Shown one piece after another: positions 39,001-47,092 of a DNA stretch of 64,000 bases. The DNA is taken from positions 17,052 through 81,051 of the forward strand of contig JAFZZM010000056.1 in the NCBI GenBank assembly GCA_017615755.1, given 5' to 3'. The notes under the pieces were generated by a model. It saw nothing but the letters and a program-made list of their open reading frames with translations, was not told the DNA's origin and did not search any database. The position numbers were made by a program, and so were the translations under genes. Every line of letters begins with the position of its first letter. The stretch's first letter is position 1. Source of the DNA: Clostridiales bacterium (GTDB taxonomy: Bacteria > Bacillota > Clostridia > Saccharofermentanales > Saccharofermentanaceae).

Positions 39001-39026
39001 CGGTTGTGGCACTTCGTACCGAGTAA
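36012..39026 (+). CDS. Fused ABC ATPase plus FtsX/MacB-type permease with a very large extracytoplasmic domain
   Basis: Walker A GQSGCGKTT, signature MSGGQMQRV, Walker B ILADEPT. One TM near 36.86 kb is followed by about 550 aa of non-hydrophobic sequence, then the FtsX TM bundle (38.58-39.0 kb). Confidence 0.88.
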   Translation: MLELKDIVKIYPAGGNPVEALKGINLGFRDNEFVSILGQSGCGKTTMLNIIGGLDQYTSGDLIINGKSTKQYKDRDWDTYRNHSIGFVFQTYNLIPHQNVLSNVELALSLSGVSKKERRQRATEALKKVGLGDQLKKKPAQMSGGQMQRVAIARAIVNDPDIILADEPTGALDTETSVQVMDILKELSKDKLVIMVTHNPELAEKYSTRIVRMLDGKITGDSAPFTEEEQKKADKIAEDMAKMDKKAKKEAAKTQKKPSMSFATSFGLSLKNLFTKKGRTILTSFAGSIGIIGIALIYSVSQGTHNFINEVQEDTISAYPLQIQAQTVDLSTLLNSFVGNDTGELNHEKDAVYQRLKLYDMMNSLIAVETQENDLSSFKKYIETEKANPDSKMGQALSGVQYAYNLNLQIYTKNVEGKIIHSDTTELMSALFSQFSSTVFNFDMGNNTQNSQTASIMSSQMSLWSELLPGSDGASTNQVTHKQYDVVYGRWPESYDEIVLFLDENNELDDYTLYALGLKTEQEIKDMMNAALNKQEMKYTDQHWSYEEICNLEFRSVLPSDCWSYDSATGLYTDLRTTEQGLTYLYDNALKLKVVGIVRPNEDAVSTSHHGTIGYTHMLTEYIINACEGADAIKAQLASPKFDVTSGLRFKDETAAVTVEDKAAYFRNYVKDLDDNGKADVYVKVMSIPTEDMINQYVQGTLSQLDRPTMEAMMMEKMKEMGMDEQTIQGYIGQMTDADMKETFASGIREQYLAEYSANMEKELSTKTPQELSASLEKALESFDDEYCAGFYDTVIEFSPFTYEYNLIRLGSLNLDQPSAISLYASTFENKDTIVDCIEEYNNSVPELQKLKYTDYVGILMSSVTTIINAITYVLIAFVAVSLVVSSIMIGVITLISVQERTKEIGILRSLGASKKNVSSMFNAETVIIGFTSGLLGVLITYILLIPINYIVHTLTGINNLTAVLPIITAIILILISILLTLIAGIIPSRSAAKKDPVVALRTE

Positions 39027-39076
39027 TGGTAACATCTAAGTATATGGTCTTATGACCGATACTTGGAGGTAACAAG

Positions 39077-40228
39077 ATGATTAACGAGACGCGTGTGTAT
39101 CTGGACAATGCGGCGACGACAAAAGTCCGCCCGGAAGTGTTCGATACCATGCGTCTTGTTTTATGCGAAGAATACGGAAACCCGTCTTCCATCCATCGTG
39201 AAGGCCAGTGTGCCAGAAAGCTTTTGGAAGAAGCGAGAGAAAGCATAGCTCAGAATCTCGCTTGTACGCCCGAAGAAGTGTTCTTCACCTCCGGTGGTAC
39301 CGAATCCGATAACTGGGCCATCAAGTGCGCAGCGACCGTTTCTGACGCAAATAAACGCCATATCATTACCTCCGCCATAGAACACCCTGCAGTTTTAAAG
39401 CCTTGCCTTGCTCTGGAAAGAGAAGGGTATAAGGTGACAGTTCTTCCGGTCGATAAAGAAGGTCTGGTTTCTCCTGATTCTTTGGCAAAAGCACTTACTC
39501 CTGATACTGCTCTTGTTTCTGTTATGCTTGGAAACAACGAGATCGGCACGATCGAACCGATTGCCGAGCTTTGTAAACTCGTACATAGTCAAGGTGCATT
39601 GTTTCATACCGACGCGGTCCAGGCTGTTGGCACGATCCCTGTAGATATTACGGCTCTCGGAGTGGATCTGCTGTCTTTCTCGGCACATAAGTTCTATGGA
39701 CCTAAGGGCGTTGGCGGTCTTTATGTCCGAAAAGGAACCCTACTTCCGTCATTTATCGATGGAGGTGCACAGGAATCAAATCATCGTGCTGGTACCGAAA
39801 ATCTTCCAGGCATTGTTGGTATGGCACGAGCTCTGGAGCTTGCCGTATCAGGTCTTTCTGAAACAGATGCTTCGATCCGTACTCTTCGTGAGATCCTGAT
39901 CCGCGAAGTGCTTGATTTAACACCCCAAGCCCGTTTTAACGGACACCGGACACAATGCCTTCCCGGTATCGCAAACTTCACTTTCCCGGGTGAGGATGGT
40001 GAACGACTTCTTCTAATGCTGAACTACGAAGGTTTTGCCTGCTCCGGCGGCGCCGCTTGTTCTTCGCGCAATGCGGAGGTTTCTCATGTGCTTACGTCAA
40101 TCGGTCTTTCTAAAGAAGAAGCGAAGAGTTCACTGCGTGTAAGTATCGGTGCTTTTAATTCAGAAGAAGAGATCTACCGCTTTGTTTCCGCACTTGAGAA
40201 ACTCCTTACTAAGTTGAGAAGAGGCTGA
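39077..40228 (+). CDS. nifS: Cysteine desulfurase NifS (second paralogue)
   Basis: YLDNAATT, SAHKFYGPKG, SGGAACSS. Confidence 0.9.
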   Translation: MINETRVYLDNAATTKVRPEVFDTMRLVLCEEYGNPSSIHREGQCARKLLEEARESIAQNLACTPEEVFFTSGGTESDNWAIKCAATVSDANKRHIITSAIEHPAVLKPCLALEREGYKVTVLPVDKEGLVSPDSLAKALTPDTALVSVMLGNNEIGTIEPIAELCKLVHSQGALFHTDAVQAVGTIPVDITALGVDLLSFSAHKFYGPKGVGGLYVRKGTLLPSFIDGGAQESNHRAGTENLPGIVGMARALELAVSGLSETDASIRTLREILIREVLDLTPQARFNGHRTQCLPGIANFTFPGEDGERLLLMLNYEGFACSGGAACSSRNAEVSHVLTSIGLSKEEAKSSLRVSIGAFNSEEEIYRFVSALEKLLTKLRRG

Positions 40229-40232
40229 AACT

Positions 40233-41312
40233 ATGGAAGAAAGAATATTACGTCCCAAATATCATTTCACGCCGAAGTACGGCTGGATGAACGATCCTAA
40301 TGGTCTTGTCTACTACCAGGGTAAGTACCATCTTTTCTTTCAGTATAACCCGCATGGCCTGACCTGGGATTCCATGCACTGGGGACATGCAACGTCTATA
40401 GATATGATGACCTGGAAGGAGCAGGAGATTGCTCTTTATCCGGATGAGATGGGTGATATCTTCTCGGGAAGTTGTGTCGTAGACCACGATAACGTTTCCG
40501 GCTTAGGCAGCAGGAAAGTACCTGCGCTTCTTGCGTTTTATACCTCTCACAGGATGGACGATGCCAGGGAAATGCAGTGCATGGCATGGAGTACGGACGG
40601 CTTTCATTTTCAGAAGTTTAGCGGTAATCCGATCATACCTGGGATGCCTCATACACCGGCCAGAGATCCGCATGTGATCAGAAACAAAGTGATTGGCGGA
40701 TATACGCTGAGCCTTACTACGGAAAAAGCGATCGAGTTCTATCATTCCGAAGATCTTCTTTCTTGGAAAAAGACGGGTGAGTTCTCGCTTCCGGAATACG
40801 CACTTCATGGTATGATCGAGTGTCCCTGTATGTTTGCGGCCCCGACAGAAGAAGGGGAGAAGTACGTTCTTATGATGAGTATGGATGTACCGGAGACAGA
40901 GTTTTCGAAATATCCGCAAGAAGGCAACCCGCACTCCCGACTCATGCAGTATTTCGTCGGCACATTCGACGGCAGTGCTTTTCACGCCGACGAAGAGCAG
41001 AATGAGGTCCTTCTTATGGATTATGGTCCGGACTTTTATGCGGGCACGATCTTTTCCAATGTCGACAAGACTATCTTAATGGCCTGGATGAGCAATTCGC
41101 CGGCATCCATGAAGATCCCGACAGAGAATGAGGGATTTCGCGGTATCCAGAGTTTTCCGAGGGAACTCACTCTTCGGAAGACAGAGAAGGGGTATCGTCT
41201 TCATCATGCATTTGTTGGCGCGAGGAATAAAGAAACGCTCCTCACAGATGGTTGCGTCTGCGAGAAGCTTCTATCAAATGGTTTTATACCGGTTTCCTCG
41301 TACTTATACTAA
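40233..41312 (+). CDS. Glycoside hydrolase family 32 beta-fructosidase, catalytic propeller only (short form)
   Basis: WMNDPNG, RDP (ARDPHV) and EC (MIECPCMF) motifs are all present. The protein is 359 aa and ends about 45 aa after the propeller. Confidence 0.8.
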   Translation: MEERILRPKYHFTPKYGWMNDPNGLVYYQGKYHLFFQYNPHGLTWDSMHWGHATSIDMMTWKEQEIALYPDEMGDIFSGSCVVDHDNVSGLGSRKVPALLAFYTSHRMDDAREMQCMAWSTDGFHFQKFSGNPIIPGMPHTPARDPHVIRNKVIGGYTLSLTTEKAIEFYHSEDLLSWKKTGEFSLPEYALHGMIECPCMFAAPTEEGEKYVLMMSMDVPETEFSKYPQEGNPHSRLMQYFVGTFDGSAFHADEEQNEVLLMDYGPDFYAGTIFSNVDKTILMAWMSNSPASMKIPTENEGFRGIQSFPRELTLRKTEKGYRLHHAFVGARNKETLLTDGCVCEKLLSNGFIPVSSYLY

Positions 41313-42122
41313 CGGCTCTCCATGGCGCTGGCGCTTTACATAGTAGGAGTTTTCCGTAAATCCGAAAGAACTCAGATATTCTGCGACTTCTTTGAAGTGA
41401 ATGCAGAGTGTGTCTTTGGTGTGTGAATCAGAACCAAGAGAAATGTTTCTTCCGCCCAGTTCGTAATATCTTCTAAGGATCGCCGGATCCGGCATAACAT
41501 CCGAAAAGCCTTTGCGTCGCATCTTATCGACCGAACGCGTATTTATCTCCAGGGTTTTTCCTTTTGCCACGATTGCAGAAAGGAAGCGGTCGAAACTCTG
41601 CGGACACTGCTCGTATTTGATCTGTGGCTTCTCATAAGGCGCATAGCGGTTGATGTAGTCGTAATGACCCACGATATCGAAGTTATCGCACCCCTCGACC
41701 AGATCCGCCATTTCCTCGATATAACGGGTATAGACGGTGAGCATATCTTCTTCGTAACAGTCGCGGAAGAAATACGGATCTTTTCCGTTATAGAGATGGT
41801 TAGACATGATCACGGAATCAAAAGGATACTTAGCCATTAGTTCATCGTAAAAAGCACACAGGTGTTTCTGGTATCCCAGCTCGATGCCTCGATACAAATG
41901 GAAATCACCTGCATACTCCAGCCATTCTTTCGTTGTATCGAAGAACTCGGAAATGTCGAATATCTGGGATACACCGATATCATGCGGATAGTCTCCTTCA
42001 TAATGCTCGGTAACGGCAACACCGCGCATATTCAAAGCACGGCATGTATCGATCAGCTCATGCGCAGACATCTTCGCATCGGAACTGAAATGTTTCGTGT
42101 GGTTGTGATTATCTGTATACAT
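41304..42122 (-). CDS. PHP-family histidinol-phosphatase-like protein
   Basis: N-terminal DNHNHTKHFSSDA, internal HYDY and C-terminal GSDSH metal motifs typical of HisK-type PHP phosphatases. Confidence 0.8.
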   Translation of the reverse strand: MYTDNHNHTKHFSSDAKMSAHELIDTCRALNMRGVAVTEHYEGDYPHDIGVSQIFDISEFFDTTKEWLEYAGDFHLYRGIELGYQKHLCAFYDELMAKYPFDSVIMSNHLYNGKDPYFFRDCYEEDMLTVYTRYIEEMADLVEGCDNFDIVGHYDYINRYAPYEKPQIKYEQCPQSFDRFLSAIVAKGKTLEINTRSVDKMRRKGFSDVMPDPAILRRYYELGGRNISLGSDSHTKDTLCIHFKEVAEYLSSFGFTENSYYVKRQRHGEPLV

Positions 42123-42227
42123 AAATACTCAAAATTCCTTTGGGTCAGCCATCTTTAATTCCATATTATGGTATCATATGTGGGAAGGTTTTTGTTTATG
42201 TTCTTTTTTGTAAAGGAGTGAATATAT

Positions 42228-43685
42228 ATGGCTAAAGAGAAAAAAGCAGCAAAAGAACTGAAAGAGAAGAAGCCGAAGGTTTCTAAGAAAGAGAAAAAAG
42301 AGCTTTTTGCGGAGTATCCGAATCTTTGGGAATCAAGATCCCAGGACGATATTGACCATACCATGGCTTTTGCCGAAGAATATATGGCTTTCCTCGACAT
42401 TTCCAAGACAGAGCGTGAGTTCGTGAACAACGCCGTAGCCGCACTGACAGATGCAGGCTATGTTGATATCGAATCCAAGAAATCCCTCAAGGTCGGCGAC
42501 AAAGTCTATTCTTCCATTAAAGGAAAAGGACTGATGTTCGCTGTAGTCGGTAAAGATGCTGCAGAGAAGGGTTTCAATATCCTTGGTGCCCACATTGATT
42601 CACCTCGTCTGGACTTAAAGCCGAACCCGCTTTACGAAGAAGATGAGCTTTGCTTCTTTAAGACTCATTACTATGGTGGTATCAAGAAGTATCAGTGGAC
42701 GACGATCCCGCTGGCAATCCATGGCGTGATCATGCTGAAAAACGGTGAGAAGCTGACGCTTTGCATCGGTGAAAAGGATGAGGATCCAATCTTCTATATT
42801 ACAGATCTTCTCCCGCACCTTGGCGGCGAGCAGATGAGCCAGAAGGCAAACGAGTTTATCAAGGGTGAGGACCTGAATGTCCTGATCGGCGGCAGCAAGC
42901 TTCCCGGAGATGATTCTTCCAATGCCTGCAAGTACGCGATCCTGAAGCTTTTGAATACCGAATATGGTATCGACGAGAAAGATTTCGTTTCTGCCGAGAT
43001 TGAGATCGTTCCGGCTATGAAGGCCCGTGATGTTGGTTTCGACCGTGCACTTATCGCAGCTTATGGTCATGACGATAAGGTTTGCGCTTATCCGGCTCTG
43101 ATGGCAGTTATGGCTCAGGAAGCTCCGGCAAGAACATGCGTGTGCATGCTCTCCGATAAAGAAGAAATCGGGTCTTACGGTAACTCCGGTGCTCAGTCCC
43201 GTCTCTACGAGAATTTCCTGGTAGAGCTTTTTGCCAAGATCAACGGTGGTTACGATGAGCTCGGTTACAGAAAGTGCATCGCCAATACCAAGATGCTTTC
43301 TACAGACGTTTCGAATGCTTTTGATCCGAAATATGCAAATGTTTCCGATAAGAGAAACACAGCTTATCTTTCCAAGGGCGTAAAGATGGAAAAGTATACC
43401 GGTGCCAGAGGCAAGTCCGGTGCAAGTGATGCCAACAGTGAGTTCTTCGCATCGATCCTTCGTATCTTTGCAGAAAACGATATTCCGTGGCAGACCGGTG
43501 AACTTGGAAAGGTCGATGCAGGTGGCGGCGGAACGATTTCTGCTTACCTTGCAAAACTCGGAATGGAAGTCATTGACTGCGGTGTTCCGGTTCTTTCCAT
43601 GCATGCTCCATATGAAGTTATCAGTAAAATTGATCTTTATTTCACGTATCTTGCCTATAAGTGCTTTATTGAAAACATAAAATGA
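42228..43685 (+). CDS. M18-family aminopeptidase (aspartyl-aminopeptidase-like)
   Basis: GAHIDSPRLDLKPNP, AYGHDDKVC, DKEEIGS, VLSMHAP motifs. Confidence 0.88.
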   Translation: MAKEKKAAKELKEKKPKVSKKEKKELFAEYPNLWESRSQDDIDHTMAFAEEYMAFLDISKTEREFVNNAVAALTDAGYVDIESKKSLKVGDKVYSSIKGKGLMFAVVGKDAAEKGFNILGAHIDSPRLDLKPNPLYEEDELCFFKTHYYGGIKKYQWTTIPLAIHGVIMLKNGEKLTLCIGEKDEDPIFYITDLLPHLGGEQMSQKANEFIKGEDLNVLIGGSKLPGDDSSNACKYAILKLLNTEYGIDEKDFVSAEIEIVPAMKARDVGFDRALIAAYGHDDKVCAYPALMAVMAQEAPARTCVCMLSDKEEIGSYGNSGAQSRLYENFLVELFAKINGGYDELGYRKCIANTKMLSTDVSNAFDPKYANVSDKRNTAYLSKGVKMEKYTGARGKSGASDANSEFFASILRIFAENDIPWQTGELGKVDAGGGGTISAYLAKLGMEVIDCGVPVLSMHAPYEVISKIDLYFTYLAYKCFIENIK

Positions 43686-43746
43686 GATATAATGCTGATT
43701 CGTAGTATGGTAGGTGGTACGCTGGTACCTAGAAAGAAGGTTAATT

Positions 43747-44778
43747 ATGATTATTGTAGTAAAACCAGGCGCCAATGAAGCTCAGGTTAATGAGATCATT
43801 GATGTATTGGAAAAAAACGAACTGCAGGCACACGTTTCCGACGGTGCAGAGCGTAAGATCATCGGTGTTATCGGTGACAAATCCCGTCTGACACCGGGTT
43901 CTCTGGAAGTTCTTGCGGGCGTTGAAAAGATCGTCCCGATCATGGAGTCCTATAAGCTCGCCAGCCGTCAATTCCGTCCGGAAGGCACATCTTTTAATGT
44001 TAAAGATGTCACCATCGGTGGTAATGAACTGGTTATGATGGCCGGTCCGTGTGCGGTTGAGAGCGAAGAACAGGTTGAAGCCGTTGCTTCCAAGATGGTT
44101 GCCTGCGGTGTCAAAGTTCTCCGTGGTGGTGCTTATAAGCCGAGAACGTCTCCGTATGCATTCCAGGGCCTTGAAAAAGAAGGTCTGAAGATCCTGCGTC
44201 GTGTGGCTGACCGCTATGGCCTGTTGGTTATAAGTGAGATCACATCCGAGAACGATATCGAGTATGCTTCGAACTATCTCGACATCATCCAGATCGGTGC
44301 TAGAAATGCGCAGAACTTCCGTCTTTTGTCCGCTGTAGGTAAGTCCGGCATTCCGTGTATGTTGAAGCGTGGTATTGCCGAAACCATCGATGAGTGGCTC
44401 GGCAGCGCAGAATACATCATGAGCGAGGGCAATTACCACATCATGATGTGCGAGCGCGGTATCCGCACATTCGAAACAGCAACCAGAAGCACACTGGATA
44501 TCAGTGCGGTTCCGGTACTGAAAGGTAAGACTCATCTGCCGATCATTGTCGATCCGAGCCATGCCGCAGGTAAAGCTCAGTATGTTGAACCTCTCGCTCT
44601 GGCCGCAATCGCAGCTGGTGCAGACGGCTTGATCATCGAGGTACACCCTGATCCGAAGCATGCGCGTTCTGACGCAGCTCAGCAGCTGACTCCGGATGCT
44701 TACCGTGAGCTTGCTGAACGTGTCAAGGACATGGCTGCAATCGTGAAGCGTTCTTATCCGAAGACCGCACAATTTTGA
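43747..44778 (+). CDS. aroF: 3-deoxy-7-phosphoheptulonate (DAHP) synthase, type I-beta, with an N-terminal ferredoxin-like regulatory domain
   Basis: GPCAVES, LRGGAYKPRTSPY, IGARN, DPSH motifs. Start at ATG 43747. Confidence 0.9.
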   Translation: MIIVVKPGANEAQVNEIIDVLEKNELQAHVSDGAERKIIGVIGDKSRLTPGSLEVLAGVEKIVPIMESYKLASRQFRPEGTSFNVKDVTIGGNELVMMAGPCAVESEEQVEAVASKMVACGVKVLRGGAYKPRTSPYAFQGLEKEGLKILRRVADRYGLLVISEITSENDIEYASNYLDIIQIGARNAQNFRLLSAVGKSGIPCMLKRGIAETIDEWLGSAEYIMSEGNYHIMMCERGIRTFETATRSTLDISAVPVLKGKTHLPIIVDPSHAAGKAQYVEPLALAAIAAGADGLIIEVHPDPKHARSDAAQQLTPDAYRELAERVKDMAAIVKRSYPKTAQF

Positions 44779-44811
44779 TTTCAACCCATTTCGGGTTTTC
44801 ATCGGGTTACT

Positions 44812-44852
44812 TGATCCCGTTGATAAGGAGACTTGTCAACGGGATTTTTTTA
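44812..44852 (+). terminator. Rho-independent terminator after aroF
   Basis: Stem GATCCCGTTGA/TCAACGGGAT followed by TTTTTTT. Confidence 0.85.
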
Positions 44853-44882
44853 TGTTAAGTTAGTTAAGAACAACACGTTGAA

Positions 44883-45137
44883 GGGGACCAGTAGAGATCT
44901 TTTCCTTCTTACAGAGAGTCCATGGATGGTGGAAATGGACAGAAGAGAGGTTTTGAACTCACCCTGGAGTGCGCTTCCTTGAACGAGAGTAGAGGAAGTC
45001 GGAGGCTCACCGTTATCAGAGAGCAAGATATCGGATCAATCCTGTATCCGCAGAGTGCATCCTAAAGAAGGGATGAACAAGAGTGGTACCGCGGAAGTTA
45101 TGGCTTTCGTCTCTTATTCGAGACGGAAGCTTTTTTG
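44883..45137 (+). promoter_or_regulatory. T-box leader (tRNA-Leu, CUC specifier) controlling leuA
   Basis: Stem I elements AGUAGA, AGAGAG and GGUGGAAA. Specifier loop GAA-CUC-A (CTC at 44958-44960). T-box sequence AACAAGAGTGGTACCGCG (45076-45093). Terminator GCTTTCGTCTC/GAGACGGAAGC plus T6 (45103-45136). Confidence 0.88.
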
Positions 45138-45178
45138 TTTGTCTTTTTGAGAAGAAGTAGTGAAGAGGAGGGAAGACG

Positions 45179-46831
45179 ATGAATGTAGGAAAATACAAGA
45201 TGCCGTATATGATTGATTTTCCGGCACGTACATGGCCTAACAAGAAGATCGATCATGCGCCGATCTGGTGCAGTGTAGATCTTCGCGATGGAAATCAGGC
45301 ACTCGAGGTGCCGATGGATCTAAATCAGAAGGTCCAGTTTTTCGAGTATCTTGTTAAGCTCGGTTTCAAAGAAATCGAGATCGGTTATCCTGCCGCATCC
45401 GATACAGAATACGAGTTTACCCGTTATCTGATCGATAATGATCTGATTCCTCATGATGTAACGGTCCAGGTGCTGACCATGGCCCGTGAAGACGTTATCC
45501 GTAAGACTTTTGACGCTGCCAAGGGCGCCAGATCCGCCATCGTTCATCTTTATAATTCCACATCCAGATTGCAGCGCGAAGTTGTCTTTGGATTTGATCA
45601 AGCTAAGTGCAAAGAACTTGCCATCAACGGTGCTAAGATGATCCAGGCGGAGATCGATGCTGATGAAAGCAATACAGAGTGGCATCTGGAATATTCACCG
45701 GAGAATTTCTCGGAAACCGAGCCGGATTTCGCCGTTGAGATCATTGATGCCGTTCTGGATGTCTGGAAACCGACACCGGATAATAAGGTGATCATTAATC
45801 TTCCGGAAACCGTGGAAATGACGTATCCGAACATCTTTGCCGATCAGGTGGAGTACTTTGCCACACATACCAAGTACAGAGATTCGATCATTATTTCCGT
45901 ACACACACATAATGACCGTGGCACAGGTGTTGCATCGTCGGAAATGGCTTTGTTAGCCGGTGCAGAACGTGTGGAAGGTACGCTTTTCGGAAATGGTGAA
46001 AGAACCGGAAACGCTGATATTGTAACGCTTGCGATGAATATGTTCATGCAGGGCGTAGATCCGAAACTTGATTTTTCAAACATCGATGATGTCATTGATA
46101 TGTATGAAGGATGTACCGGAATGCGTATCGGAGACCGTCAGCCATGGGCCGGAAGGCTTGTATTTACGGCATTTTCGGGCACACACCAGAATGCGATCCA
46201 GAAGGGTATGGAAAATGTCAAAAAAATAAATAGTTGGTATGTGCCATATCTGCCGATCGATCCGAAGGATGTAGGCCGAAATTACGATCCGATCATCAGA
46301 ATCAACAGTCAGTCCGGCAAAAACGGCCTGGCATACATTATGGAACGCAATTATGGTTTGCATCTGCCAAAAGCATTCCAGAAAGACTTCATGCAGATCG
46401 TTACAGCCGAATCTGAGAATCGTCACAGCGAATTGTTACCACAAGAGCTTTTCGAGTTGTTTGACGAGGTCTATGTAAATGTTATGACACCGTATCACAT
46501 GATCGGTTATCGTGAAGATTCGCTTGGAGATAAAAAAGCTCATGTAATTGTGAATCTGAAACATGGTGACGAGATCATTGAGATCAATGGTGATGGTATC
46601 GGTTTATTGGATGCGTTCTGTAATGGTATAGAAAAAACACTCGACATGAAGATCTCTATCAGAATGTATAATGAGCACGCTATACAAAGTGGATCTGACT
46701 CGGCAGCTATAACATATGTACAGATTGCTGATAAGGATGGACATTTACATCTCGGAGCAGGAATTTCGAGTTCCGTAACCAAATCATCACTGAGAGCAGT
46801 TGTATGCGCATTAAATAGAATGATCCGCTGA
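45179..46831 (+). CDS. leuA: 2-isopropylmalate synthase, long (actinobacterial-type) form
   Basis: WPNKKIDHAPIWCSVDLRDGNQAL N-terminus, HTHNDRGTG, C-terminal LeuA dimerisation/regulatory domain. Confidence 0.94.
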   Translation: MNVGKYKMPYMIDFPARTWPNKKIDHAPIWCSVDLRDGNQALEVPMDLNQKVQFFEYLVKLGFKEIEIGYPAASDTEYEFTRYLIDNDLIPHDVTVQVLTMAREDVIRKTFDAAKGARSAIVHLYNSTSRLQREVVFGFDQAKCKELAINGAKMIQAEIDADESNTEWHLEYSPENFSETEPDFAVEIIDAVLDVWKPTPDNKVIINLPETVEMTYPNIFADQVEYFATHTKYRDSIIISVHTHNDRGTGVASSEMALLAGAERVEGTLFGNGERTGNADIVTLAMNMFMQGVDPKLDFSNIDDVIDMYEGCTGMRIGDRQPWAGRLVFTAFSGTHQNAIQKGMENVKKINSWYVPYLPIDPKDVGRNYDPIIRINSQSGKNGLAYIMERNYGLHLPKAFQKDFMQIVTAESENRHSELLPQELFELFDEVYVNVMTPYHMIGYREDSLGDKKAHVIVNLKHGDEIIEINGDGIGLLDAFCNGIEKTLDMKISIRMYNEHAIQSGSDSAAITYVQIADKDGHLHLGAGISSSVTKSSLRAVVCALNRMIR

Positions 46832-46880
46832 GTACAAAGTATCGTTGAAAAGAAAATAAAACGCTCCTGAGCGGTCATCA

Positions 46881-46979
46881 ATTAATCAAACTGCCAGACA
46901 TGAATCTTCGTCGCTGGTACTCGGACGTTGTCCTGCGTAATCGCGACTTCAGATTATGATCTGGCAGTTTTGGATTAAT
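46881..46979. other. Imperfect rod-like hairpin of about 100 nt, function unknown
   Basis: Left arm ATTAATCAAACTGCCAGACATGAATCT..GTCGC pairs with GCGAC..AGATTATGATCTGGCAGTTTTGGATTAAT. The apical mini-hairpin is GGAC-GTT-GTCC. Confidence 0.5.
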
Positions 46980-47008
46980 CTCTCGTGTTTTTCGTTTTTA
47001 GGTCTTCT

Positions 47009-47040
47009 CAATTAAACAAAACTGTGATTTTGTTTAATTG
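47009..47040. other. Perfect AT-rich 13-6-13 palindrome; candidate recombinase (dif-like) core site
   Basis: CAATTAAACAAAA-CTGTGA-TTTTGTTTAATTG. Confidence 0.4.
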
Positions 47041-47056
47041 TGTCTATTTAAAAAGC

Positions 47057-47080
47057 GGGGCCTCTTTTTTCTGAGGCCCC
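47057..47080. terminator. Bidirectional GC-rich terminator hairpin between leuA and the convergent membrane-protein gene
   Basis: GGGGCCTC-TTTTTTCT-GAGGCCCC, with A-rich sequence on the 5' side and T-rich sequence on the 3' side. Confidence 0.8.
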
Positions 47081-47092
47081 TTCTGTTTATAT

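Noticed and set aside
26289-40228. Two cysteine-desulfurase paralogues (26289-27428 and 39077-40228) as a possible sign of duplication or an Fe-S assembly island.
   Set aside because: The sequences are clearly diverged. One is in the classical nifS/iscS-thiI pairing. No scaffold genes (iscU, sufBCD) are adjacent. Multiple NifS-like genes are normal in Clostridia.
46900-46959. A 19-codon ORF (MNLRRWYSDVVLRNRDFRL) lying exactly inside the 100-nt hairpin.
   Set aside because: There is no Shine-Dalgarno sequence upstream. The start and stop codons are both parts of the paired arms, so the ORF is most simply a by-product of the inverted repeat.
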